Positions 10,528 to 21,339 of a stretch of DNA of 64,000 bases are shown piece by piece. Position 1 is the first letter of the stretch. Each line of letters begins with the position of its first letter. The stretch is taken from assembly GCA_044892525.1 (NCBI GenBank), contig CM097887.1:34534001-34598000 (forward strand). The letters run 5' to 3'. Below the pieces are notes generated by a model. The model ran no database searches. It had not been told where the DNA came from and saw only the letters and a program-made list of their open reading frames with translations. Both the position numbers and the translations under genes were made by a program. The stretch is from Schmidtea polychroa (taxonomy: Eukaryota).

Positions 10528-11832
10528 ATGGATAGACAACGAGGAGAGGAGTTTAACGAAATTATCGAGTTAGTCAGAAATTCCGCAGCAATCAGAATAC
10601 ACAAACATGTCATGTGCGGAATATGTGAAAAATTGTTAAAGGAACCCCATCAAACCAAATGCGGATGCAGATTGTGCAAAGAATGCATAAAAGAAACAAT
10701 AAAAAACAGACCACAGTGGTGCCCGATATGTAAAGAGACACTGATATCAAGTCTAGAAGATACTAACGAAGATAAAGCCGCAGTAAAGGACATGCTGAAC
10801 ACTAATCTAGGATGTAAAAATACCCCATGCGAATGGAGAGGATCGACATGGAAAGTAAAACAACACCTAGAGGAATGTTTGTATAGAGTCAGCCAGTGTG
10901 AGCGATGCCAGAAGATAATTCAAGCTAACGAGGAAAAGGAACATCAAAGCCAGTGTGAAGAGAGACTAGAAAGATGTGAATATTGTGGAGAAATAGACAC
11001 GTGGAAAAATCTCACCATCAAACATCACAATGTCCAAGAGGAAAAGGTATGTGTAGAATTCTGTGGTGAATGCCCGAACGGATGCAACAAGGGGGAAACA
11101 ATAAAAATAGCCCAGCATCTAAAAGAATGTGAAAGGAAAAGAATGATATGTGTATTAGGTAAATGGGGCTGTCAGAAATTACTACACAGAGGAGACTTAC
11201 CACATCATTTAACAGAAAATTTAATAACTCACGCAGAAATGTGGTCAACAAATGGAGACTGAAATAACCTCATTGAAGGCATTGATTAAAGAACTATTAG
11301 AAGAAAGAGAAGCATTCGAACAAGCTCGAGCAAACATAAAAATGCAAATAAATCGAATGGAAATCAGTAATGAGCAAGCCAAAGTGCTACATCAAAAAAT
11401 AACCGAAATAAATCTCAATGAAATACTGCCATATGGAAAATTACGGGAGTGAAAGAAAAAATACAAAAAGCAAAGACCGGGGAAGAGACAAGAATAACAA
11501 GTCCCGCATTCCTCTCTTGGAAGAACGGATACAAAGTGAAAATGAAGATATATCCTAACGGAGATGGAATCGGATTGGATACACACTTTTCGATCTTCTT
11601 CCTAGTATGTAAAGGGGAACACGACGAAGTAATAGAATGGCCGTTTCAGGCTAAAATCGATATCGCAATAATGAATGACCGAAGCATCCACGAACAAAGC
11701 TTCAAAACAACGGGAAATCAGCTAGCCAACCAAAGACCCCTGGAAGAAGGAGCAGCAACGGGAGCACCTACATTCATTTTGCAACAAAGGGTAGAGGATA
11801 TGGCGAGAGAAGGAAAGAGCAGAACCGAGTAA
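10528..11832 (+). pseudogene. TRAF: Intronless TRAF-family protein (RING, TRAF zinc fingers, coiled coil, MATH) with 2 frameshifts
   Basis: CGICEKLLKEPHQTKCGCRLCKEC...CPIC RING, CPNGC zinc finger, and a MATH domain WKITGV..ITSPAF..GYKVKMKIYPNGDGIGLDTHFSIF..GEHD..WPF. Frameshifts at about 11250 and 11430. Confidence 0.9.
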
Positions 11833-12025
11833 CGAGTGGGGATGATGTTGTATATAATAAATTTGTATATATCGGTGTATATAACCTATAAAATAGTATA
11901 TAATAGTAGTATGGGATCCGCAAATACAACAACCCAAAACTGAAGCGAAAAATCCAGGAAAAACATCAACTGAATAATAAAATCTAATATTGCGATAATA
12001 TTTAATTAGAATATATAATTTAGAA

Positions 12026-13046
12026 ATGACACAAGAGAAAACAACTGAAAGTACGACGACCCCAAGTAATGCAACCAAGACACAAATCCCCAGAGAATAT
12101 CATGAGAAATGGAACAAGGTGATGTTCCAATTAACCAACTTAACCCGCAACCACATCGAAGAAGCCAGGGAAGACGAGAGCAGTAGATATCGATGGTTGG
12201 TAAACAATCTGAGAACGGAAGCGGAAACATGTAAAAGGGCCGCACAATGGGCCTCGTTAGAAAATACTCGTCAAGAATCACATGTCACTACCTAAGGCAA
12301 CTGCTACAAGAATCGCGGAAAAGACTGACTGATGAGAATAAAAAACGAGAAACCGAAAAGCAAAAAGAGGAGAAAAAGATGCGACATCTATTGGCAGAAG
12401 CCAGGAAATGGAAACGACAGAGCAGAGAAAGGGAAAAGGAAATGAAGGAATTGCCTATGAGACTCAAGTACGAGAGCGAGCAAGGCAAATGGGAAGAGAA
12501 CCTAGTCATAAAAGAGGAACTAAAACGGTTAAGAAAGATTGCCGCCCGAAGTCAAACATGGCAAACCAAGGCCATAGAGTTTGAAAATAGGCTATGAAAA
12601 TCTCCATAAGAGAACATGAAAACGCAGCAATGGAAGAAATGATATTTCAGCAATCGGGACGAATCGTAGAATTAGTGAATAAAGTCGCCGAGCTAGAACG
12701 AGATGTCAATGGATACCAAGGAGCCCTGGAACAGCGAAACATGGTATTGACAGGAAAAAATAAAAAGCTGGAAAACGAAAGGAAAATGTATAGTAAAAAC
12801 ATTAAAAATCTGGAGATCGAAATCGAAAAATGGAAGGGCGATGAAAAGATAAAAGAACTGGACAGGCAATTAGAAGTGAAAGATGAGGAGACGAGATACC
12901 TCACCTATTTGCTCGACGAAGAGCTAAATATCACTCGAGCTCAACTACCCAACCTCTATACATCACAAAATCCTATAGCAGTCCACCTGAACCTGACAGT
13001 AGAAAGTGACGAGGGATACTGGGGTCAGGAAGAGACGTTTGTATAA
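12026..13046 (+). pseudogene. Long coiled-coil accessory ORF (about 340 aa), 2 frameshifts
   Basis: Track ORFs 12026-12295, 12247-12597 and 12594-13046 join by single frame changes. Confidence 0.6.
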
Positions 13047-13177
13047 TTGAAGTCAAAAGCAAAAAATAAAAATGGGAACTGTATCCCAACAAAAAAAAAT
13101 TAAGGGTATAAAATATGCTATAAATGTATAAGTATAAGCCGCATTGTAGCGCACTATTAATTATAAATATTATAGAC

Positions 13178-13798
13178 ATGAAGATTGAAGAGATAATAGA
13201 ACTCATGAGTGAAGTGGAAGGAGAGATTGAAGTGGAAACCACAGAAACACAAATACTAAAGAAAGAATTGCAGGAAGAGAAACGAGAAAACGAGAGACTA
13301 ATAATACATGGGAGACCGGAAAATAATTAAAGTACTAAAGAAAGAGTGCAAAGTACTAGGAAAAGTAAAGAGGGAAGCGGAAGAGAAAAATGAATGGTTG
13401 CAAGAACAACGAACACGAGGAAGAAATTGGGAAAAGATAGAGCAAGCTTCAAAGCAGAAGAAGTAATCCAAGACTATTGGAAAACAGAAGCGCAAGAGCG
13501 CCAAAGAACCATAAATAAATTAAACCAACAACTGAAAGAAAAACAACAGGAAAGTGAAGAAATGAAGAAATGGAGTCGCAAGTACGAAGAGATGGAAATG
13601 CGACATCAACAACAGCAGCGACAAAGAGGCAATGATCAGGAACCTGAACAAGATTTCCTACAAATCGTGTTAGAAAGAAATCTCGACAAAAAACGGGAAG
13701 AAATAAAAAAATTGAAAAAGGAGATACGACACCTGAAAAGAGAAGCCCGTGAAAAAGATCGGCAGTTAGAAATGCTGCCCGAATTAAGCTTGAAGTAA
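13178..13798 (+). pseudogene. Coiled-coil accessory ORF, frameshifted; homologue of 30166-30537
   Basis: RASFKAEEVIQDYWKTEA versus GASFKANEVIEDYWKTEA, and DFLQIVLERNLDKKREEIK versus DFLQLELRRNLEKKRKEIK. Confidence 0.75.
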
Positions 13799-14176
13799 GT
13801 TCAGTATGCAATTGCGGGACGCAATTTTGATGGGTCCCCGAGTGATTTGTTGGGCTGAGTCGAAGGGTATCTAAGAAATTAGGTTAAGCATAACTAAATT
13901 AAAATAAAAATAAAATAAACAAATTTACGAATAAAATAGAATAAGATATAAGAAAAACAATAATTAGAAAATAAGAATTAAAACAAAAAAATATAAAAAT
14001 AAGAAAAATTAAAATAGGACAACAGAATGACAAAAAATAACGTAAAATGCAGTAAATAATATGGAAATTAAAGAAAATAAATAAAAAATACAATAAAAAT
14101 AAAGAAAATAGGAAGAAATAACTAAAAAACAAGAAAAATAAATTAAAGCAATAAAATTAAGCGGTACTCAATTCTG

Positions 14177-14401
14177 ATTGGTCCGCACACATCAAAAATT
14201 ATTATATAGGCAAACGCAAAAATTATAAACTTACAGTTAAACCAAAAACTTTACAGACAACAGCGACCTACAGGAATTCGATTCAGAAACCAGAAACATT
14301 AGCACGTCGGCAGTTAAAAATCTACTCAGACTTCAACTAATACTTAATTCGATCCAGTACCTTCCGACTCAGCCTATAAATCTATTCAAACCCTTAGTAA
14401 G
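14177..14401 (+). promoter_or_regulatory. Antisense promoter (ATTGG 14177, TATATA 14203) and GTAAG donor (14397)
   Basis: The same three elements occur in the same order in element C (29207, 29189, 28905). Confidence 0.5.
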
Positions 14402-14767
14402 GACATTTTATTTTTTTTATCTTTGATTTATTTTAAACGGTTAATAATGATCATGTATATTTGCGAAATAATTAAATTTATAATTTGAAATGATTTTCTT
14501 TTCGTTTGATTCCGTAATAATGGGTAATTTATTAAATAATTTAGCTGCTTAATCGTAATCACTAATAATGAACGAGTTTTTCTAGATTTTTGTAATTGTT
14601 TTTATGGGTTATTATTTCATGATTTTAATCTCACGAGGAACGTGGAGTTTAGACGTTCCATACCTTGGTGTGAGGGACCTTCGGGTGCTCAGCCGGTGGG
14701 TGTGGGACGTTTCAATCACGCAGCTGATTCGGGCCGTAATGTGGGGGCTTCCTCACGGGTCCGTCGC

Positions 14768-17492
14768 TGAAGGGCACTCTAAAATGTCTCTGGAATGATC
14801 AGAAAGAAGGAGTAGAATCAATCTAATTTGTAGGAAAAGTAATAGCAGCGAATCACAGTGACTGAGCGAGTCAGAAGTCTTCGTATCTACAATAATTCTT
14901 CAAACTAAAATTCTCGTAATCTGAAAATTTAGTGTCACCGTCAACCGTAGGTCTAGATCTGTCATTTTCGTTAATAGAGTAAGCATCATCTGTCTGTAGA
15001 TTATTCCTTCACCTCGAAATTGCCACTCATACTCTGTTCCAACAATGAATGTAGTTTAAAAACCCTTATTCCGGTAGTAGAATAGCTATGTAGTGGAATA
15101 CCATACAATCATCAATATACAATCGAAAAACAAGACAAAATATGCAAAGACTTTTATTTGATTACATAAAAGGAAAACAAATTTCGACATACTTACCTAG
15201 AGATAGTGCATAAAAGTTCATATTTATATAAATTCCGAGAGGGTCGATATCCACGAGTTGAGATCGGTGCATGTATCTTGAATAATTGAATAATTCATCC
15301 ACGAAGCAATATATCCAACAGTTACGACGAGAGAGAATTTCCTAATTTAATTTTTCTGATGGACAGCAATCCAACGCAGTGTGAGGTAACATCTGAAAAT
15401 CCACGCAACATGTGAATCGGATTAAAATTCCATGGAATGAATACACACGCATACACGCGCAGGCACATATTGTGAAGTCCAGTAAACGGAACCCGTATGA
15501 GAATACCCATCAGTGATAACACTATCATGACTAAGCATAATCGCGCGAAAATAATTTTCCATGCATCACATGCATTAGAAATTTTGGTTATCTAAGAACA
15601 GTATGTAGACTCGCAGCGAATAATTATCATGAGAAATCATACCTGGTGCGTCGGGTGTAGTTTCAACTAATAGATAAAATCACTAGTCGTAAACAGATTT
15701 CACACCAGCCACGGAAAATCGACAGCAGGCAATTTGCCATTTCAAGTCCACATCGTTGGATTTTCTAAAAAATTAACGTTTATAATTAATAATTAATAGT
15801 AATTGATTTACCTATCTATCTATAAAATCCGCATATTGAAGGATTTCCGTTTATAAATTAGCCATGTATTTTAGTCTGAGCTCCTCAATGCTATTTACCA
15901 TTTTCGAGGCAAACCCAATTTGTAATAATTCCATAAACATGTAATGTTCATTTTCAACAATAATGCGTTACCTCCGTTTGACAGTCACTTGTTGCCGGTC
16001 AGTTTTCTTGTAAGTAAATAATCCCGAGGGAATGAATATCGATGAATCCAACGAAACTCCTCTTGCTAGCTACCTGTTTCTTTTCTATAGGAATACCTAG
16101 TTGACGAATAATTGTGTCGGGATGGTGACATTATAATTTGGTTTATCTTATAATTTTAGTTCTATCTTTTCTTCTTAGCCATCAGATATGTTACCCAATT
16201 CAAGACCTGTTCTCAAACCCTGTTTTTCTTGTTCCGACAAGAATGCAATAATCAAGGACCTCCAGACTCAGATCGGACGGTACAAAAAGAAAATAGACGA
16301 GTTAGAGGGGACCTGGTTTAGTCCCGCTCAGATGAAAGAAACTCAGAAAAAGTTACACCGAAGTGAACATTGTCGGGACGCTCTAATCTCCGAGAGTCTG
16401 GCCCAAAGAAGCTTGATAAAAGAGCAGTCCGAGGCGCTGCATAAAGTATATATCCAGGCAGCGGCCACTAGAAAGATGGTGAAAATCCCCATCGGCGACG
16501 CCGAGAATCTCTTTCCGGCACACCATGATACATCTGCCAAATCGTCGCCCCCTCCAAAAAGGTCTTGCCGGCCGTGCGTAGAAGCCCAACTCTCGTCGGA
16601 TCCACATGAAGTTGTTTTTGTTGGACATAGTCGAGTACTGCCTAACATCGCCTCTACTTCGGCGGCAGCCCCGAACAATGCATCGACCGCAAAGCCCAAG
16701 CGTCGGCAGTTATCCAGGGCCGAACGTAAAAAGAAATAGCGTGAGCGAATAGCTGCGAAACAACCCCAGCCCCTGCCGGATCTCGCGAGTAAAGACAATA
16801 ACGTCCCTGCCACAATTGACCTAACAACAGGGACACCAGGGCGAATCATATCTGCCGCTGGGGTAACGTGGGAGGAAAACGCCTCCGAATTCTTTGATTT
16901 GGACGAATTACTCGCCGACTCTGAGTGGGAAAAATGAGAATTTGCCCGTGAAATGACCTCATCCTTGGGAGAGTCCTGAATCAACTAATATCGTTTTTCT
17001 ATTACTGCGTTTTTCCTTATTCTAATTCTGTTGTATAAATTATTGACGCGTCTGTAGTGTAATGTTAGAAATAAACAATTTTCGTCTGTATAGGTGTTTT
17101 GTTTTTCGTTCATAAGAGATTTAACATTGAGTGGTAAATAGCATTGAAAGTCTCTGAGATTCGAGGAGTATTGTTCAATTTGCAATCCAAACCAAAGGTA
17201 TGGCGATGGGGTGACAAAATAAGTAGACGTAAGTCTTTCTATCGGCAGTCAGGGGTAGGAAGTCGAGGCCACAGTAAGGAGTAGTTCGAAGGTGATGGCT
17301 CACCTGCTTACTGGTGTCTCACCGGCATAGCACAGTTCCAACGTGAAGTGATTCACGGGTGCTATGTTGGAGTGTAGGTTATGTACGGGTCCTGCTCGAG
17401 GGTGACGAAATCGACGAGCGTAATCGAAGTGGGCATTCATCCTCTAGACTAAAAGTGGAACTAAAGGTGGTCATCCGAGTAGTACCCCAGCA
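14768..17492 (-). mobile_element. Long LTR, element B (about 2.7 kb, TGCTG...TTCA)
   Basis: Homologous to LTR A, with TG/CA termini at the homology boundaries. Confidence 0.65.
16188..16937 (+). pseudogene. LTR-embedded antisense ORF (249 codons), one stop at 16737
   Basis: The frame continues after TAG as RERIAAKQ...GVTWEENASEFFDLDELLAD and matches copy A. Acceptor TTCTTCTTAG ends at 16178; AATAAA at 17070. Confidence 0.85.
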
Positions 17493-17789
17493 TAATTTTT
17501 GGGGGCTCAGCCGGGATTTAGATTGAAATTTCCGTTGACTAGTGAGAACTTCACCGGGATTTTTGAATTTAATTGATTGATGAATGCAAATTGACTAATG
17601 CTTACCGAATCTTATCATAAAATTACGATTAGAAAATAATAAAATTAAAGATATAAATAAAGTTAATTTAATAATGGGGAAATAAGATAAAAGTAAAATA
17701 AATTATAACGATTTTAAAAAGGAAAATGTTTGATGAAACAACCATTAATTAGCTGTATATTATTAAGACATTTTCTTTTCCCAACAGAC

Positions 17790-18266
17790 ATGACGGAATT
17801 CGCAGAACAGATGCAACAATTAATCAACTTCATTGATATAGAAAACGATCCCATAAAAATGCTTATACACAAAAGAGAGAGGATTAAGAGCATACAACTA
17901 CAAACAATGGGACAAGCACCAGTCGTACCTAACCATATGTCAATAGCCATAGGTCTAAGTCGTAGAGATGGTAAAGTAAATCACGAAACAATATATCAGT
18001 GGTATCAGGAAAGATTGAGACACCCTGCATTGAATCTAGAATATCATCGACTACGAGATCAATTAGATACTATACCCGACATAATTGAACAGAAGATACA
18101 AGAAAAACTCACTAAATTACGAACCTGTCCGTCTTGCAATCTTCGTCCTATACGCGTACTGTTCTTACCTTGTGGACACCTCAGTCACTGTGAAGAATGC
18201 GTGAACGATTTAAAACGATGTATGATATGCAAGTATGAGATAAACTTTGAAACATTATATCATTGA
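17790..18266 (+). CDS. Protein with a C-terminal IAP/XIAP-type RING finger (C3HC4_3), 158 aa, no BIR domain
   Basis: CPSCNLRPIRVLFLPCGHLSHCEECVNDLKRCMICK. The ATG at 17790 follows the acceptor TTTTCTTTTCCCAACAG. Confidence 0.8.
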   Translation: MTEFAEQMQQLINFIDIENDPIKMLIHKRERIKSIQLQTMGQAPVVPNHMSIAIGLSRRDGKVNHETIYQWYQERLRHPALNLEYHRLRDQLDTIPDIIEQKIQEKLTKLRTCPSCNLRPIRVLFLPCGHLSHCEECVNDLKRCMICKYEINFETLYH

Positions 18267-18325
18267 AACATTATACATCTTAATGTTAAAAATTGATATT
18301 TTCTTTAACCGTATTTAGAAAAACA

Positions 18326-18393
18326 CCCACGGGCATTTGAAAAAGTCTCCACGGGCACTTTTTTGCCCGCGGGCTCTAGGTTGGGCACCGCTG
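18326..18393. mobile_element. hAT (Charlie-type) element end
   Basis: Ends GGTTGGGCACCGCTG and has repeated CCACGGGCA subterminal motifs. Confidence 0.5.
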
Positions 18394-18980
18394 AGATAAA
18401 GGAAACTCATATGGTTTATTATGGTGAATGAAATTGTTAAAGATACAATAACATCTATGAACATCGAATTAATATTGACGATTGAATATGAATAAATGTA
18501 GTCTTTGTGTGAAATACTATTAAAGCTTGAATTTTTATTTATTTTGTGGCGAATAAAATTTGGTTGTGAACTGAGTAGTTTATTGTTTTTATTTCTATTT
18601 TTAATTTTTGGATCAAACGAAAAGAAAAGTAAATTAACGTGGAATTAGTCCCAATATAGGCTGTAGGAGTACAAACCGAGCCACCTTCGGGCGGTACGTT
18701 CTATCATAAAGAAAACCAATTGGGAGGGGATAACCGATCAACCTAAGTGAGGAGCGTAGGGCGAGGTACCATCGCAAATGATAAAAAGTTTCTACGGTAT
18801 GACTGATCACCATGCCAATGTAGAAATGGATCATCGCGATCGTTTTGTGTTTTGAGCAAGGGGGAAAAGGGGAACCACTAGCGGTAAAGATTAAGTTGAC
18901 AAATTAAAAGTAGAGAGATAATGTAGAGTAAAAGAGGAAAGAAAGAAGCAGAAGCATGCAGAATGAGAAAGAATAAGATC

Positions 18981-19127
18981 GAGTTGTGAAAAGGTCCAGC
19001 CGGTCAGGGAAATTAAAACTGAGTTGTGAAAAGTCCAGCCAGTTCGGAGATATTAAGACTGAGTTGTGAAAAGTCCAGCCGGTCAGGATAATGAAGATTG
19101 AGCTGTTGAAAAGTGCCAGCCAGTCGT
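18981..19127 (+). repeat. Tandem repeat, 40-bp unit, about 3.7 copies
   Basis: GAGTTGTGAAAAG(G)TCCAGCC at 18981, 19021 and 19061, with a degenerate copy near 19100. Confidence 0.9.
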
Positions 19128-19140
19128 AAAGGCCTAGAAA

Positions 19141-19339
19141 AATAGTGAGATTTATTGCTACTAGTGAGAAGGCATTATGCCTACCGAAAAATAGCGTTAA
19201 GCTAATAGTGAGATAGCATTTATTGCTACTAGTGAGAAGGCATTATGCCTACCGAAAAATAGCGTTAAGTTAATAGTGAGATAGCATTTATTGCTACCAG
19301 TGAGAAGGCATTATGCCTACCATGAAATAACGTTAAGCT
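19141..19339 (+). repeat. Tandem repeat, 68-bp unit x3, with internal hairpins
   Basis: Units at 19141, 19204 and 19272: AATAGTGAGATAGCATTTATTGCTACTAGTGAGAAGGCATTATGCCTACC... Confidence 0.9.
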
Positions 19340-21339
19340 AATAATAAGACAGAATATTAAAGCTAGCTAGAAATGAATTGAATTAGATACGATAATTTGA
19401 AATTAGAGAGGATTAAACGAGCTCGTGGAAGGGGACGATAAAATTCTTTTAGAGAGAAAGAGAAACAGAAAAGGAAAATAAATTGAGATAATGGAAAAAG
19501 AATAGGTGGGAAGAGATGATGAGCAAAGAGGAAAATAAGTAACTAATTAAAGGGATCCTAGTGAAGTAGACACTCTACAGAATATTTTTCGTTTAAACCG
19601 GGGAAATACATTTTATTGGTTCCAGAGTAGAATCGAGTGAGAATAATAAATATAAAAGGATAAGTAAAGTAGCGACAATAGCGCAAAAGGATTAAGAAAA
19701 TAAGGGGGGGGGGGTAATAAGCAGTTACCGACGACGACCTATTCATATTATAATTGATAAAGATAGATAATTATTACGACCCTATAGATAATTGTTACTA
19801 CCCCATATAGATAATTAAAAATCGACGAAAAATACGGGCTGATGGGAAATTATAACCCGCGGAAGTGATTGCCAAAATAGGGGAAGCATAAACAGAGACC
19901 TAACCGGTGACTGTGTTTGAATGTTGCAGAAAGAATGATGAAGTCGTGTAAGCAGATGCAACACGAGATCATTTTTTCATTTTAGATACCAAACCAATCC
20001 AGTCCATTAAGCCCATCCAGAACCTGCACAAAGGGAATTCAAAGAAACCAACAACCAATCAGCGATAACCAATTCAGAACCCGCTCAGCAGGAATAACAC
20101 AACCCGAAGATTTCAAAAAACGGAAGACGATACAGATAACGACATCTCCAACTTCCAACGAATCACAGATATATTCAGTCTCGTTGTATTAGCAGCAATC
20201 AGCCAAGGACTCATAAACCTCCTCAGAATATCATTAGCAGAATCGTATAGAATACAGACACTCATCACGCGGCTCCGGACTCGGTACATCTGGTACCGGA
20301 TTCATGATTGGAACCGGGGCTGAACCTGGATAATTACGGCCCGGTTATCCGGAGTGGCCCAGAGCCCGACGCCCCGGCGTGGGTGAAGACGGAGCCCACT
20401 AATGACTTGTTGCGGGTTAGGGAAAAGTCGAGAGAGTCCGAGGCCGCTCCACGATCCTGAGGGGTGATTGAGAGTGCGACCCCTCCTGGGTAAAACAGAC
20501 ATTGTAACATTGTAGTATCTAAATAAATAATTTTCATCATCTGATGGGTATGTGATTGAATCTTGTGATTGTCCAGAACAAGGCGGTTGACAGAAGGGTG
20601 TTTGGGAAAGCAATCTCGATAAGGGACCGAAATAAATCGGACACATGCCTTCTAACGGCCGTCCATGAACCCATAGAGTTCTCGACAATTATAGCGCTCT
20701 TAAGGCGATCACTTTTTGCGAGTACTCAACCCCTTGGTACAGTACCAACGTTGATTACTCAACGGGTACCAAGCGGAAAATAATGTTGTATTCTGGGTTA
20801 CGCTGGTAACAGCACTAAATAATAATTGTTCGGACACCTGTAACCCACCAATGTAAACGTCTTATTTGATGATTTCGCACGGAATCTACTTTGACTAATT
20901 GTCAGATTTTAAATTCTTTCGCTACTCAGCCCCGTAAAGTAGATTCGTTTGATCGATTTTCATTTGCTATTTCTCTAATTTTTCCGGTTTCCTTTGATAA
21001 ATTTATTAATTTTAATTTATAATCAACAGTGTTGCTTTTAACTTTTTTACCCTAAACAAGATGGTGATGACAACATTTTTATTTTCTGGAATTATTTTTA
21101 TTTAAAAAAAAATTTTTCAATAAAAGTTTTATTTGACATAAATTTATCAGCATTAATAAAGATATACCAAGTGAGAAGAATAATTTTAAAAATTGTTTTT
21201 TAATTGATTTTTGATAAAATTTAGAGAATCAACTTTTTTGTGACCTGGAAAAATTTAGGTTAAAAGAGATAACAAATATGCCTCAATATTTCAATAAATG
21301 TGTCAATTTTGAATTTCAAATCCTATTTTTTTAATATTG

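Larger units (their letters stand above)
8288..17492 (-). mobile_element. Element B: 5' LTR, leader and antisense accessory gene cassette (no gag/pol seen; truncated)
   Basis: Same order and spacing as element C, whose sense is fixed by a canonical PBS and an LTR with CCAAT, TATA and AATAAA. All cassette ORFs lie on the opposite strand. Confidence 0.6.
18779..20850 (-). mobile_element. Long LTR, element D (about 2.1 kb, TGGTG...ATCA), a distant relative of A/B
   Basis: Terminus GTAACCCACCA versus GTACCCCAGCA in B. 24/36 ungapped match at 20737-20772 versus 17329-17364. It shares the leader motifs AACGTGGA, ACCTTCGGG and GCGAYGG with B, and has the same acceptor-frame-AATAAA layout. Confidence 0.5.

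Noticed and set aside
18611-18627. 17-mer ATCAAACGAAAAGAAAA matching the reverse complement near 14495-14511
   Set aside because: Low complexity and in the wrong orientation relative to the other B/D matches; chance is plausible.
18981-19339. Arrays as CRISPR
   Set aside because: No unique spacers, no cas genes, and a eukaryotic context.
19701-20866. G11 run as a polypurine tract with a plus-strand 3' LTR bounded by AATAAGCAGTT / AACGTCTTATT
   Set aside because: The termini are not TG...CA. Several independent matches to element B (terminus, leader motifs, polyA context) favour a minus-sense LTR at 18779-20850. Not fully excluded without other copies.
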